NCBI RefSeq assembly: GCF_009914755.1
Contig: NC_060941.1
Source: the human T2T-CHM13v2.0 reference genome, Homo sapiens
Reading direction: 5' to 3' (one strand)
DNA length: 64,000 nt
This document shows positions 16,226 through 33,778 of the stretch, piece by piece. Position 1 is the first letter of the stretch. The number at the start of each line of letters is the position of its first letter. A model generated the notes under the pieces. That model searched no databases. It saw nothing but the letters and a program-made list of their open reading frames with translations, and was not told the origin of the DNA. A program made the position numbers and the translations under genes.

Positions 16226-17217
16226 CCATATTTTACGTTTTTAAAAGAAACCCAATACTTGGCCTCATATTTAGTTTAAGGCAACATAGGAAAGAATTAT
16301 AAAAATCTTTTAAAACAGCATAAAAATTGGCATGATAAGCCTAATAACCACAGGATCACCCCCCTGGTTCCAAGAGTAGTTGAAATTGACTATAGGTACC
16401 CATCAGAAGCCTACCACAGTGACTCTGAAAACAAGAAATTAAATGAGGCCCATGACAATCTGTGTTCAAAACCATGTTGTAAGATGTTTGGCAGCAACAG
16501 TGTCCTGATATAGGAGGTTCTGAAGCTCCATTTTTAAAGTAGGGGAGATGGAGTTTGGGTCACCATACTGATATTAAGAATTGCAAAAACAGCTGTTCAT
16601 TGACCAACCTGATCTTTAAAAGCAGGTTAACTGCTTTATGATAAGTAGCTGAAGTAAGGGTGTTCAAAAATATCGAAACCACAATGCATTTAGAAGCCTT
16701 CTCTGTTTTGAAGAAAAATGGGCCACTGTAATTTCCATGGTCTTGGCTTTTGTCTGGGGTTGGATTTAACAGTTCCCCATCCTGGCAGAGAAAGAAGAGG
16801 CATTCTCAGAATATGGAAACCCCAGATAGGCCAACGTGGCAGGAACCATTCATCCTAGCTTTCAAAAGTGTTTTGAGCAGGAATATATTAAAATGTGTTT
16901 GTGTGTGTGTTTACACATGCAAAAACTCTTCAACAGCCAGGTTTTGAACTTTGAAGTTTATAATATGATTAAGATGGAACTTAAGTGGCAGTAAAGTAAT
17001 TTTTCTTCAAGATTTAGCCAAAGGCAAGGCAAAGGTTAATAAGACACATTCACAGGGTGCCTCAGAGTGAAAGACACCTCACTGGGTTCTCCTGCAGATT
17101 GATGGGAGGCCTAGCTTTCTGTATTGTGTGCATTCTGCAGAGAGACATGGCTGGGGGAATAACACTTCTCAAAATAGAAGAAGCTTGCATCAGATAGGCA
17201 GAGGCAAAAATAACACA

Positions 17218-17535
17218 GCATTGGTCTCAAATCGGAAGCCCAAGGGCCTATTGTCCTGTTTTCTTTGGTCCTTGGAGGGCTTTTCAAGTACTTTAATTGG
17301 TTGCCAACATTTAAAAATGAGGAGAAGTTATGTAAGTTCCAAATTATGGCTTCTCATGAAGGTTTGGAAGATTGACAACACTGAGCTCACATCCCACGTG
17401 GCACGATTTTGCTGGAGCCAAGGGATGCTGCCCCCCTAGATTGGCATGTGCCTCCAGTGTTGCCACAGTCCTTATGCCTCCCTATTCGGTATTAAACACC
17501 TGGCCCCTGAAGGCATTGAGTTTGATACCCTTGGT
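17218..17535 (-). mobile_element. MER102-like hAT element
   Basis: Terminus ctggcccctgaaggcattgagtttgataccctt resembles the recalled MER102 end. Confidence 0.45.
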
Positions 17536-18593
17536 CTAGAGCGTTGCTCATACTTTGCCTAGGTTCTTTTAGGCATTGGCAGGACATAGTCATCCATCCA
17601 ACAAATATTTTTTAGTGCTCACTATATGTGAAGAGATGGGCTAGGTTTGGGGAAATGTAAGAAAGTGAGTAAGGCCTGGGCCCCACTATATGTGCTCATA
17701 ACCTGGTAAAAAGATGAAAAATACCAAAGATACAAGGCAGTGGATAAGGGCCCTACAAAAAAATTACAAAAGCCGATGAGTATATATGAGGGTAGTTTGA
17801 GTCAATGATAAGACCCCATGGGCAGGAGAAGGGACCTTCTGGAGGATGCTGTGGAAGTGGGATCAGGCCCAGCACCAGAGCTGTTCCGACACCAGAAGTA
17901 AGAGGAAGAAGCTTTTTGGGTTTTGTTTCTTGTTTTAGGACAGAAAAGAAAAAGAGAGCAAAATTAGTTTAATATAAAGAAAACGCTAAATGTACCTAGG
18001 TTTTTAATTTTTTTTACATGTTTTCCTGAATTGTGAATCACTTTGTTTAAACTTAAATAACAAAGAGATTCTTCACTGATTACTGTTATTTTGATAAAGA
18101 GAGAGCTTTAGGGAAAAGCCATAGTAACTGCCAGGAGAAAGCTCTCCACTCTGTCTCTATGAAACTGTTCTGGAATCTTCCCAAATTGCTCTCTGTGGTG
18201 CTGGGGGGACATTATCAGCCTCTAATGAACTATTCTTCCTATCTAAAATCTATCAAGTGAAGGTAACCATTACAATGGATTGGGTTGAACATGGGCAGAA
18301 GATTTTGCAAAGATCATTAAAACTAAATAAGGAAGAAAGACTGCAAAGCCTTTGTTAACAAGAAACACCCTGGAACCATGGAAGGGAGAAAGAAATTCAC
18401 ATTTTCCTACTTTGCAAATGAAGAGATATTGAGACTCAAATCTTATCTGGTTTCCATTAAAGTTCAAATACTTGGTGGTGTTAGAAAGACTTAAGATTTT
18501 TTTTCTTATTGAAGCCACAAAAGGAAAATAGAGAAAAGGCTGGAAATCTGCATAACCCAAAATTGAAAAGTTCCAATTATATCTTGGCTTGTA

Positions 18594-18929
18594 TTTTCTT
18601 TTGTTCTGTTTTTTGTTGTTTTTGTTGTTGTTGTTTTGTGTTGTTTTGTTTTGTTTCTTAGGTTATTTTGAGACAGGGTCTCACTCTGTTGCCCAGGCTG
18701 GAGTGCAGTGGCACCAGCATAGTTCATTGCAGCCTCAAACTCCCGCTTCAGCTTCCCAAGTAGCTAGAACTACAGGTGTGTGTCACCATGCCCGGACAAT
18801 TTAATTTTTTGTAGAGACACGGTCTCGCTATCTTGCCCAGGCTCGTTTTGAACTCCTGGCCTCAAGTGATCCTCTCAGCTCTACCTCCCAAAGTGCTGAG
18901 ATTACAGGAATGAACCACTGCACCTGGCC
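18594..18929 (-). mobile_element. AluJ with expanded GT-rich tail
   Basis: J-type features; ttgg(c/t)tt.tattttcttt on both flanks. Confidence 0.85.
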
Positions 18930-19300
18930 TTGGTTTTTATTTTCTTTAATTGTTTGTTCTATTCATATCACATTTAAAATGTAACATTCCAAATATTTAC
19001 TTTTTTAAATAGTCAATATCTAAGTTTAAAACAATGGAAAACTGATTCACATGATTTTTATATGAGTTTATACACATAATGTGTAGTTCAGAAGATGTAA
19101 CCAAAGCAGGCTACGCTCCCTGCATTGCAGGAAGGGTCCATGAGAAAGGAGGCTGCTTGCAAGGACTCGTCTTATCACTGCAGAGGTATATATGCTTATA
19201 GCTATGTAATAATTCACATGAGCAAACTAACAAAAGATAATAGCATGTTTTCTCGTTACTATTGTCCTTGGCAGGATATTTTGGGAAAACATTTCTTTGG

Positions 19301-19607
<307 letters not shown>

Positions 19608-19719
19608 TTGGGAAAAAATTTCTATGGGCTGGAAAACTATCACATTCTTCGCAGGTAAGACCACTAGTGTATAGTAAGAGGGCTGTGTACCTTACCAGTT
19701 TCCTGTCTTCTGTCCCCAG

Positions 19720-19890
19720 GCCTTCAGTATCGTCTTCCAGAAGGCTGTGGAGAGGGCTGCTCCTGACGAAAGCCTCAGGGAGCGGGTGGCCAACCTAATA
19801 GACAGCATAACCTTCTCTGTGTACCAGTACACCATCCGCGGGCTCTTTGAGTGTGATAAGCTGACCTACCTTGCCCAGCTCACCTTTCAG
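19720..19890 (+). CDS. DNAH9: DNAH9 exon F (171 nt): AFSIVFQKAVERAAPDESLRERVANLIDSITFSVYQYTIRGLFECDKLTYLAQLTFQ
   Basis: Acceptor tgtccccag|gcc, donor cag|gtaaaa; RGLFE-DKL motif; the ORF track shows only other frames here. Confidence 0.93.
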
Positions 19891-20134
19891 GTAAAAGTGG
19901 ATTGAAGAAGTTTCCAGAAAACAGGTTATTTTTAGTGCCCAGACAGCAGGTGTTAAGAAACTTTCTTCTTTGAACATCACTTTCCACAGCATGTCCAGAC
20001 TATCTGTCTTTGGATAGAGGCATCAGACAAGAAGGTCCAATGTGGTGTGTGCATCTGCCCCCACCATTTCCCACTTATGGCAGACATACTTAATCCATCA
20101 TTGTACTTTTTCTTGCTGATCCTGGAAGATCTAA

Positions 20135-20914
<780 letters not shown>

Positions 20915-21338
20915 TAGTCAGACACGTTATCCATTGCACCACTGGCCCACGGTTGAAGGCCCTTTCCAATTCCAAAAGTCAGATATCCCATCATCACTTG
21001 TGTGCTGACTCTGTTTTCACCTTTCAGGGCCTGCCTGAGTTCATGGGTGAGTGTTGCTTTGCCTCACCCCTCTCACCCCCTATATTCCCCACTCCAGCCC
21101 AGATGACAGCTTGGCCTTTGCAAAAAAAAAAAAAAAAAAAAAAATGTGGGCCCCACCTCTCAGTGTGAATCATGAGCTCAAACTAAGCCAAAGGCTTTTC
21201 TCTCCCCTGTACACAGCTCACTAATTCCCCTATCAAGCCTCTGCTTTTTCCATTTCCTACTCCATGGAACGTCGTCCCTTCTGTGAAAATATCCCCATCT
21301 CTTAGCTTCTCCAAGACGCAATCCAAAACTACTTATAG

Positions 21339-21837
21339 GAAAGACACATACACACGTATGTTTATTGCAGCACTATTTACAATAGCAAAGACTTGAAAGA
21401 CTTGGAACCAACCCACATGCCCATCAATGGTAGACTGGATAAAGAAAAAGTGGCACATATTCACCATGGAATACTATGCAGCCATAAAAAAGAACAAGTT
21501 CATGTCCTTTGCAGGGACATAGATGAAGCTGGAAACCATCATTCTCAGCAAACTAACACAGGAACAGAAAACCAAACACCACATATTCTCACTCATAAGT
21601 GGGAGTTGAACAATGAGAACACATGGACACAGGGAATGTCACACACTGGGGCCTGTCAGGGGGTGGAGGGGAAAGGGGAGGGAGAGCATTAGGACAAATA
21701 CCTAAGGCATGCAGGGCTTCAAACCTAGATGACAGGTTGACAGGTGCAGCAAACCACCATGGCCCATGTACATCTATGTAACAAACCTGCACGTTCTGCA
21801 CATGTATCCCAGAACTTAAAGTAAAAGAAAAGAAAAT
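21339..21837 (+). mobile_element. 5'-truncated L1PA (about L1PA7/8-like) 3' end
   Basis: ORF2 C-terminus and 3'UTR to cccagaacttaaagtaaaa; TSD aaactacttatag at 21326-21338 and 21838-21850. Confidence 0.88.
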
Positions 21838-22322
21838 AAACTACTTATAGAAAGTTTAGTCAAATTAGTTTCTTCTTGCCCCTCACTTGCTGGTAACTTC
21901 TCTACTCTGTAACTCCTTTAGCATTATGGCTTCCTATCTGCATTTCTAGCTGCCGTATATCCATACGTCATTTTGACATTCTCCTCAGATCATGTCATTT
22001 GTATGTGTCATCTGCTCAATTAGATTGCAGAAACATACTCCATGGCATTTATGATTGATATGTAATAAATGCTTATTAACCAAGATATAGTCACTCGCTG
22101 TGTGCAGTTCAGTCACTCTCATATTTGGGGTGAAAATAGAGGGACACAGTAGTAACGTGTGTGAATATACACTTCCTTCCACTCTACCCTCATTAAACAA
22201 CCAAAATTGATGGGCAAACTAGTATTAGAGGCAGTAATAATTATACTGAGTGACAACCCCTAAGATTTCTAGGACTCTGGCTACAAGCTAAAGAAATGCA
22301 GTATCATTTCTCCACATTGCAG

Positions 22323-22445
22323 ATTCTCCTCATGAACCGAGAAGTCAATGCAGTGGAGTTGGATTTCCTGCTTCGATCTCCAGTGCAGACGGGCACCGCC
22401 AGCCCCGTGGAGTTCCTCTCCCATCAGGCGTGGGGAGCTGTCAAG
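22323..22445 (+). CDS. DNAH9: DNAH9 exon G (123 nt): ILLMNREVNAVELDFLLRSPVQTGTASPVEFLSHQAWGAVK
   Basis: Acceptor acattgcag|att, donor aag|gtcagt; ELDFLLR motif; correct frame not in the ORF track. Confidence 0.92.
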
Positions 22446-23429
22446 GTCAGTATTGACCCCTAGAAAAAAGCCAAGCTCTCATCTCTCAGAATTTACCTCT
22501 GACACTGGTCCCCATGAAGTCAGCAGGGCTCTCTGTTGGAGTTCAAGCATGGAGCTGTGTTAAACATAGGCGCATCCCTTTCCTTGCGTCCCCACAGTGA
22601 GCTCATCTTTCCTGGGCCTGCAGAGAAGAAGCAGGTGCATGCTGGTGTATGAGGGCTCTGCCTCCAGGGTGTGAGGAAACAGAAAGTTCCTGTGAGCTCC
22701 CCTAAGTCACCTGAGCTGCTTTTCACCTACCAGGGCTTAAGGCTGGGACATGGCCTCCTCAGTGAGTCCCTGGGGTTGATGTGGAGAGGCTGCCACAGCA
22801 TTTCCATAAAACAGCAGGTGCCAGTGCTGTATTCAGGCATCTGAATCCTAACTCAGACTCAAAGCAGGAGTGCATTTCAGCCTGGGATGCTCAGCAGTTA
22901 ATAACAGCTCTTATCTATTGAGTGCCTTGGAAATGCATTACCTTATTTAATTCTCTGTCCACCTGGGCAATAGGTATTATTTGTTCCCATTTAACATAGG
23001 AGGAAACAGGTCCCACGCTTACCAGAAGCCCAGAACACAATTTTTGGTCTGTCTGATGGCAGAGCCTATTTTCATTCCACATCATGCAGCTTAGTTTAGC
23101 TGGGATTCTATGAGTGTTGAAAAGATCACAAACTATAAGGTTCTTTCAGTAGGTACTATGCCTGCAATTCACAGATCCTGACACAATGCCTGGCAGGGAA
23201 TGCTGGGTGAGGCAACACCAGCTTGCTCCAGAGTCCAGGCCTGCACTCCATGCAGGCAGTTGAGTGAACACCCATGACGGGTTTCAGCGCCATGTGAGGA
23301 ATAGCATCTACATAAGATGAATCTTGTTTATGATCTCCCATGTTTATTGCATTTTACAGATGTTTAGTAGCACAAAGAAGTATAAGAGTAAAGTAATATG
23401 ATTGGCTTTCTTTCTCCTTATTTTTTTAT

Positions 23430-23800
23430 TAAAATGGTTTATTTTGAGACAACAATTCGTATGCAGTTTTAAGAAATAATACAGAGATATCCCTTGTACC
23501 CAGTTTTCCACAATGGTAACATCTTGCAATACTATAGTACAATAACACATCTGGGAAATTGTCATTGATACAATCCAGAAAGTTCCACCATTACAAGGAC
23601 TTCTCATGTTGGCCTTCTATAACCACAACAACATCTTCCCTTACCCAGTTCCCAATACCTACCAACTACGAATCCATTCTCCATTTGTATAATTTGCTGT
23701 CATCTCAAGGATGTTACATAAATGGAATTATACAGTATATAACCATGTGGGATTGGTGTGCTCATTTAGCATGATTCCCTCGATATCCGTCCAAGTAGTT
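23430..23800 (-). mobile_element. L1MC-like 3' fragment
   Basis: aagaaataatacagagatatcccttgtacccag...ggtaacatcttgcaa...aaatggaattatacagtat. Confidence 0.65.
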
Positions 23801-23978
23801 TTACTTTATAACTAAAACCTAGAACTTAATTATTTATATACTTGCCGTCCCCTTCAAAGGAGTCATCTCAGGAAATTCTAGGCTCATTCCATTAATGCTA
23901 CCATTTCTCAAAGATAGTTTTCTAACTTCTTTTTCAGAGCCTGTATTGCTTTAACCAACTTTAGGACTGTATCTAAAT

Positions 23979-24421
23979 CAAGAGTTGTCCCACTTTTTCT
24001 GCAAAGGGCCACTTAGTAAATATCACCATCTTCCCATCTTCACATGGCTGTCTTCCCTTTGTGAGTCCTGTCTCTCTGCTTCTTATAAGAGCACCAGTTA
24101 TATTGGTTAGGGCCCATACTAGTAACTCCATCTTAACTTGATTACATCTACAAAGACCCTATTTCCAAATAAGATCACATTCACAAGTCCAGGAGATTAG
24201 TTCTTCAGTATATATTTTACTCTGGAGGGACACAGTTCACTCCATAACAATTATGAGGGCCACTTAGACTTTGTAGGCCAGACTCTGTAGCAACTACTCA
24301 ACTCTGCCAAAGCCAGTCACAGTATAAGTGAATGGACACGGCTGAGTTCCAATAAAACTTTATTGACAAAAACAGATGGTGGGCCAGATTGGGCCTGCAA
24401 GCTGTAGTTTGCCAATCTCTG
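23979..24421 (+). mobile_element. MER58A split by an inserted MLT1 fragment (~24024-24256)
   Basis: actttttctgcaaagggcc...gtaaatat, then ttagactttgtaggcc...gcaactactcaactctgcc...ccaataaaactttatt...gtagtttgccaatctctg. Confidence 0.8.
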
Positions 24422-24660
24422 ATCCAAATAATAAAGTTGTAATTTGATTTTTATTTAATTTTATTTGTCATTCTGGGCCCAATCTGGTGAATGAGAAGGG
24501 AAATAATATACTGGGGAAGAAATAAGGGGGTACTCCATTCACAACAGAAACCCAAATTACAAAGTTACAAAATGCCTAAGAATGATTAAATAAATGCAGA
24601 GAAGTGGAAACCATCCATTTTCCTGGGCTACATAAGATACAAATGAATAGACACACTTTA

Positions 24661-25455
<795 letters not shown>

Positions 25456-25768
25456 TCCAGAGCTAGACAATAATTTCTTGTAGTCTGATGCTTTTACGGA
25501 AAATAAGTTTGTTCTGTAAAGCGGTTCTGAATGAACCCCTTTGCAGAACTGGAGCAATGATGGAGATGGACTAATTAACACAGGCTCTGGAGTCAGACAT
25601 CCCTGGATTCAACTTCAAGTTTGTGTGTGTGGCCTCTGACATGTTGTCTTATTCCTCTGAGCCTTGGTTTCCTCATCTGCAAAATGGTCGTCGTAATACC
25701 TTTCTTAGAAGGCTGTGTAAGACACGGAGTAAATGCTAAACCAATGGAAGCTGATTGGTTATGGTTGC

Positions 25769-26543
<775 letters not shown>

Positions 26544-29283
26544 ATTATGATGACTAATCACCCAGCTATCTGGTGTCCACATGCTATAGTCGATATGGAT
26601 TGTACTGCATAGAATTTGTCCAAAGAAGGAAAAACTTTCAGGAACTGTGAGTTGTGCAGTTTGGACCAAGTCCAGTTGCCTCTGTTCGTATTACCCCACA
26701 AAGCCCTCTGCTGCAAAAGTCATAAGGAATAAATGATTCACAAGCACTCTTCAGTACTTTCATTTTACAAAGCTCAACCCAAAAGCTACGTACAATTTAG
26801 TTTCATTCCTCTTTTCACGAAATGGATTGTTTGGTTCGCTTTGCCTTGCTTCACTTTGCTTTTTTGTTTTGTTTTGTGGGCTAAGCTCATCTGGCTGTTC
26901 AAAGGCTTTTGCCAACTAGGGAAGCTTTATCTCTCTATGTGAATTTGTTAGGAAGAGCAGCAAAGTCCAGAACCATCAAACTCAAGCACAGCACAGGATA
27001 TGAGCAGGTGAAACACAATGCATTATGTAGTACTCGTTGCCAAAGCCTTTGATGAATGCTCTTTTTAAGTGTTTGGTTGGATTTTAGCCTAAAGAAACAA
27101 AATAAGTATAATTGAATAGGACATGATTTTTTAAAAAAAAAAATTTAAGCATTGTATCTCGTGATGAAGACTGATTGCTTTGTTTCCCCAGAAGAACTAA
27201 TAAGCAGGTAATGAATGAAATCTTTGTGATAAAATACTGCTTTTATTAATATCCTTTGTAAGGGTTTTTTAGGTCCCATCAAATGTAGAACTTTCAGGTA
27301 ATGGGCATGTTCTGTTGCTCATTAGAAAATCTCATCTGCGATGAAGGCCTTTGTTAGCCTTTGAAAAGGCCCCTTACTACCAGTCTGGTTGCCAATTTAG
27401 CTCGGTTGTATTTTGCTACACAGTCCAAAGTAATTAGGTTAATTAGTCATTTCCATTTAGCTTATTAGAAGGCTAGAAATCCCTTTGCCTCATTTGGAAG
27501 ATTAAATGTTGCAATTGTATTCAATCTAGAGCTTCAAGAAAGTGTGTTTCAGATCCAGCCCTGGCAGCTGGGAGCACTGATCACAGTGTAATTTGCTCAG
27601 TTTTGTGGAGACGCCAGAGGGGGTTGCAGGACTGCAGAAGGGTTAATAATGATGCAAACTGGGAAGAGGGGGTGAGTGGCTGCCTGAAAGAAGATGAAAG
27701 TCAGCTCCTCGGCACAGAGAGAAATAATTACAGCAGCTGCAGCTTTCTCAGCCTGTCAAGAGCCCTCCTGCTGGCCAGGCAGATGTCAAATCTTATTAAC
27801 TGAGCATTTCCTAAGTGCCAGGCACCCTGCTAGGTCTAAGGCGTACAAAGAGGCCTACAAAAGTTCTTGCCCGCAGGGAGCTCACAGTCTTGTGGGAGTA
27901 ACAGGCAAGTAAACCAGAAGTTGCAATTCAATAGCCATAGGAGCCCCCCAGGAAGGAAAAGGGAGAGCTTTGTAGCCTTCAAAGCATTTGTATCTACATA
28001 ACAGTATGAGATATGGCAGACCACATGACTTGGCCTCATTTTCCAAATGAAAAAAAAAAACTCACAAGGGTTTTAAAACAGGCTCCAAGTCCATTGGCTC
28101 AAAAGTGGTGGTGCTGGGGCCAGAACTCCAGTCCCCCGGTGCCTCCTGCTCCACTCCACACACCACTCCACACGACTTATCTGCACCATTGAAGGATGAT
28201 TCCCTGCTGTAAGTGATCAGGGTGAAACTGGGAAGCCACAGAGCCCATGTGAAGGAATATGTAAAGCCAGGACATGTGTTCATTTCCACGGGACAAAAGC
28301 CTCTGCAAGCCCCGGTCACATGCCTCTGTCCTTCTCCAGCTGTTCCTGTCGGTGGTAAGGCAAAAGACTCCTCTGCAGCAATCACGCTGCTTCCTGTCAG
28401 GCCCCACACTCTCCCTCCTCCAGGCTTTAGCTCTTCTTGATCCTTCCCCTGCCAAAAAAAAAAAAAAAAAAAAAATTCCCTTTCCTTCACTCTACCTCCA
28501 TCTCTGCCCAGCAGAATTCTACATACCTACCAAGGCCTCCCTCATCTTCTTTTTCCCTAAGCTAGGACTGCAGGCTCCTGAAAGGCTTGTGTTTTTTGTT
28601 GTTGTTGTTTTTTATTATTTTCTTCCCCAGTATCTGGCAAGTAGTAGGAATTGAATAAATGTCAAAAGAATGAACGAATGAATGAATGAGTTCAAATAAA
28701 AAGATTATATTGGGTGCCTAAAAACTCATGGCACTGTGGTAGGTGCTTTAGACACGCAGTCTCGTCTAGCTTTTCATGTCATTGGGGAAACCAGGCATTC
28801 AGGCAGAGTTGAGTAATGAAGGCAGGACTGCAGGTAATTAAGTATCTAAGTGAGTGATGTTGATGTGGGCACTCTAAAGAAATAGAACAGACCTCCTACA
28901 CACACACCCAAAATACAGTTCCAACATCAAGACTGATGATGCTACATACATACTAAGAGGGTATGAGAAAGTTTATTACTCAGATAACATGGTTTTCTAG
29001 GAAGAGCAAAGGAGCTCCCAAGCAGGCTGCAAATGGCTTGAGAGTGCCAGAAAAGGAGACTGCTTTGGGTATTATGATGCTTAGGGGGTGGGGCCAGGGT
29101 GAGGGTGTCTGTGCATGGGCAGGGGCTTGCCTGGTACAACTTCCCTCCAGCACCAAAAGAGAGAGTGCCCAGGGCAGAAGGGGAAGAGGAAAGGATGAGG
29201 TTTAAAAGCTATCAGCAGTCAAACATCTAAAAACGAAGTCAAGCTCTTTATTAAAGATGTCAACTCTGCAAGTATCTCTAAGT

Positions 29284-29826
<543 letters not shown>

Positions 29827-30674
29827 CTCTAAGTGGTTTACAAAAGGATGGGAGGTCTACATGTTCTACATTAGGAAGGATGGCCCAAGGGAGGTTGCAG
29901 GTTTTGAACTGGTCTTTCACAACCTGTAGAGCCTTAACATATAACAATCGTGACCAGCACAAGAAAAGGAAGAAGTGGAATGTGGCAGAAAAGAAAACAG
30001 GACTTTACAGATGGTGGAAGTAGTATGAACAAGGAAATGAGTTGGGAATGAGTCAGGCACATTTCCAAGGTTGGGAGCAGATATGCTCAGAGTGGGACAG
30101 AGTAGGAGGACACATGACTTACTGGACAGATTGAAGAGAGGCACCAGATGAAGAGATCTGGCTACCAAGTTATACATTTGGACTGAATCCTCATAGAAAT
30201 AGACAACCCATGGGCATTTTAAGAGTTGGCGTTAACACAGAGTACATGAATAATTCTAGAAACATTTTGAGAGGTGAACTGACAGGGTTTGGTGGCAGAG
30301 TGAGTTTGAGGAGGAAAGGGAGAAGTCACTAACTTTAGGTGTCCAAGCTTCAAGACCAGAATAACCATAATGCCCCTTCTTGCCCCTCTTTTCCATGTAC
30401 ACACCTACAGGCAGGTGTGGCTCAGTCTCTGCTGCTAATAATATCCCAAACATTTTATGCGCTAAATCTTGCATGTTATTGGGGCACTTTGCTAAGCTGC
30501 TCAAAATTCTTCCTCTTTCTTGATTTTTCCTGGGGGATGATCCAAAGCTCTAGACAAGAGTATAAATGAGACAGAATTGTGTAGATAAGACCATCTGGCC
30601 CCTCAATCCCCCAACACAATGCAAATGACAGCTTTCTGGAGAAACTGCATTTCAGATTCTCTGAAATTTCCCAG

Positions 30675-30868
30675 GTACTTTCATCAATGGAAGAATTCTC
30701 TAATCTGGATCGGGACATAGAGGGATCTGCTAAGAGCTGGAAAAAGTTTGTGGAGTCCGAATGTCCTGAGAAAGAGAAGCTCCCACAGGAGTGGAAGAAC
30801 AAGACAGCCCTGCAGCGCCTCTGCATGCTGAGAGCCATGCGGCCCGACCGGATGACCTATGCTTTGCG
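30675..30868 (+). CDS. DNAH9: DNAH9 exon H (194 nt): [43 protein letters not shown]...[12 protein letters not shown]
   Basis: Acceptor tttcccag|gta, donor cg|gtagga; R-RPDR motif. Confidence 0.94.
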
Positions 30869-31014
30869 GTAGGAAACAGGGTGGTGGAAGGCCCAGCATA
30901 GGCACGGGGCAAGGGCAACCTCAGGACAACTGGACCAGCAGGGCTGAGCTCCAAAGCCATGTGTATATAGTAGTTTCCTGGAGCTAGAGGGTGGGAATAG
31001 AAATTAACTAAACA

Positions 31015-31321
31015 GGCCAGGCGCGGTGGCTCACGCCTGTAATCCCAGCACTTCGGGAGGCCGAGGCAGGTGGATCACAAGGTCAGGAGTTCAAGACCAG
31101 CCTGGCCAAGATGGTGAAACCCCGTCTCTACTGAAAATACAAAACTTAGCCTGGCATGGTGACAGGCACCTGTAATCCCAGCTACTCTGGAGGCTGAGGC
31201 AGGGAATTGCTTGAACCCGGGAGGCAGAGGTTGCAGTGACCCGAGATTGCGTCACTACACTCCAGCCTGGGCGACAGAGTGAGACTTCGTCTCAAAAGAA
31301 GTAAAAAATAAAAAAAAAAAA
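31015..31321 (+). mobile_element. AluS
   Basis: Full dimer 146 nt downstream of exon H. Confidence 0.9.
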
Positions 31322-31583
31322 GGAAATTAAATAGCCATAGCCATAAAGAATCTCACTGGTGTGATATAAATGTTCTAAAACGGGGTTATGGTAAAGACTG
31401 TACAACTTGGTAAATGTATTAAGTTATTGAATAGTACACTTAAAATGGGAAAATCCTATGGTATGTCAATTACACCTCAATAAAGTTATTTTTAAAAGAA
31501 AAAAGAAGTTGTAGGCCGTGGAGTCTATACTGGATAGGAAAGGAGTGATTAGAGTAAGGGCATGATAGAAAAATACCAGGGAG

Positions 31584-31985
<402 letters not shown>

Positions 31986-32311
31986 CTAAGGATAAAAGGC
32001 TTGGGTCAAAGAGTGAGATGTTCCCATTTGTGTGTCCTAACATTTAAGAAGTTTCCAAGTAATGACAACGATGAGCATGTGGCTATAGAATTAGGTTGCT
32101 AAAGGGGGAGAAAAACAGAGATCTCTTGAGCTGAGGTCACTAAGAATCTACAGGATTGTCCACATGGATGTTGATGTCACCCAGGCTGAAAGAGAAAAAG
32201 ACAGTGAAAGAGGAGAGTGACTGAAGGGGAACAGATGACATTGATGTGCAGGGGCAGTGGTGACACAGCCAGGGGAAATGAGCCTCTGAGGAGCCACAAG
32301 AGTGGGGAGGG

Positions 32312-32592
32312 GGCCAGGCACAGTGGCTCATGCCTATAATCCCAGCACTTTGTCAGGCCGAGGCAGGAGGATCACGAGGTCAGGAGTTCGAGACCAGCCT
32401 GGCCAACATGGTGAAACCCCGTCTCTACTAATAATACAAAAATTAGCTAGGCATAGTGGCACTCGCCTGTAGTCCCAGCTACTCAGGAGGCTGAGGCAGG
32501 AGAACCACTTGAACCTGGTGGAGGCGGATGTTGCAGTGAGCCAAGATCGCACCACTGCACTCCAGCCTGGGCGACAGAGTGAGACTCCATCT

Positions 32593-32626
<34 letters not shown>
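32312..32626 (+). mobile_element. AluS in L2 debris
   Basis: Full dimer, long A tail. Confidence 0.9.
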
Positions 32627-32628
<2 letters not shown>

Positions 32629-32920
32629 ATGGGGAAGGAATGGCTTGAAAACAGTAGTGGGCAGTGAGCTGGACCCTGATTCCGCTTGCCAATCCTAAGG
32701 CAGGCGTAGGAGAATGAGCCCAGTCGAGAAGGCTACAGGGAAAATAGTGTTCCTGGGGGAGAGTGCAAGTCTCTGTTAAGACCAGGAGCTGGGTCAGATG
32801 TTCAATAAGTGGTTATAGCTATGAAGATTTGTTCAGCATAAAATGTGACACTTTGGACAGGAACACTGGTAAGTGGAGTGAGATGAAAGAAGAGAGAGAA
32901 AAATAAAACATGAGAGAATA

Positions 32921-33297
<377 letters not shown>

Positions 33298-33629
33298 TTA
33301 CCAGCTTTCTGAAGGTACTGGCGCTAACAGTGTCCTGATTGGTGGGGTGATGTGAGAAGCCACCAGGCTCCCCTGAGGGAGTCAGCGATGGCCTGCCTGG
33401 ATGGGGCTTCAGAGGAAGCCCAGATCCAGGTGAGCAGCTCGGCAACTAGCAGCACAAGGTTGTGTGTTGACTTAATAAGCAGTGGACTTGGAGCCAGTCC
33501 TAGCTCTATAACTACCTAGCCCATGACCTTGAGCATGTTCTTTCATTTCTATAGGCCTCTATTTCTCAAATGTTACCATTTTGTGGCTGCTATATATGTA
33601 TAAATCTATATGTGCTTTTTTTCTGGCAG

Positions 33630-33778
33630 AGATTTTGTTGAAGAGAAGTTAGGAAGCAAATACGTGGTGGGAAGAGCCCTAGATTTTGCAACCTCATTTG
33701 AAGAATCGGGACCAGCCACTCCTATGTTTTTCATCCTGTCTCCAGGGGTGGACCCACTGAAGGATGTAGAAAGTCAAG
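33630..33778 (+). CDS. DNAH9: DNAH9 exon I (149 nt): [12 protein letters not shown]...[19 protein letters not shown] (start of AAA6, degenerate P-loop)
   Basis: Acceptor ttctggcag|a, donor g|gtgaga; FILSPG-DP motif. Confidence 0.94.
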
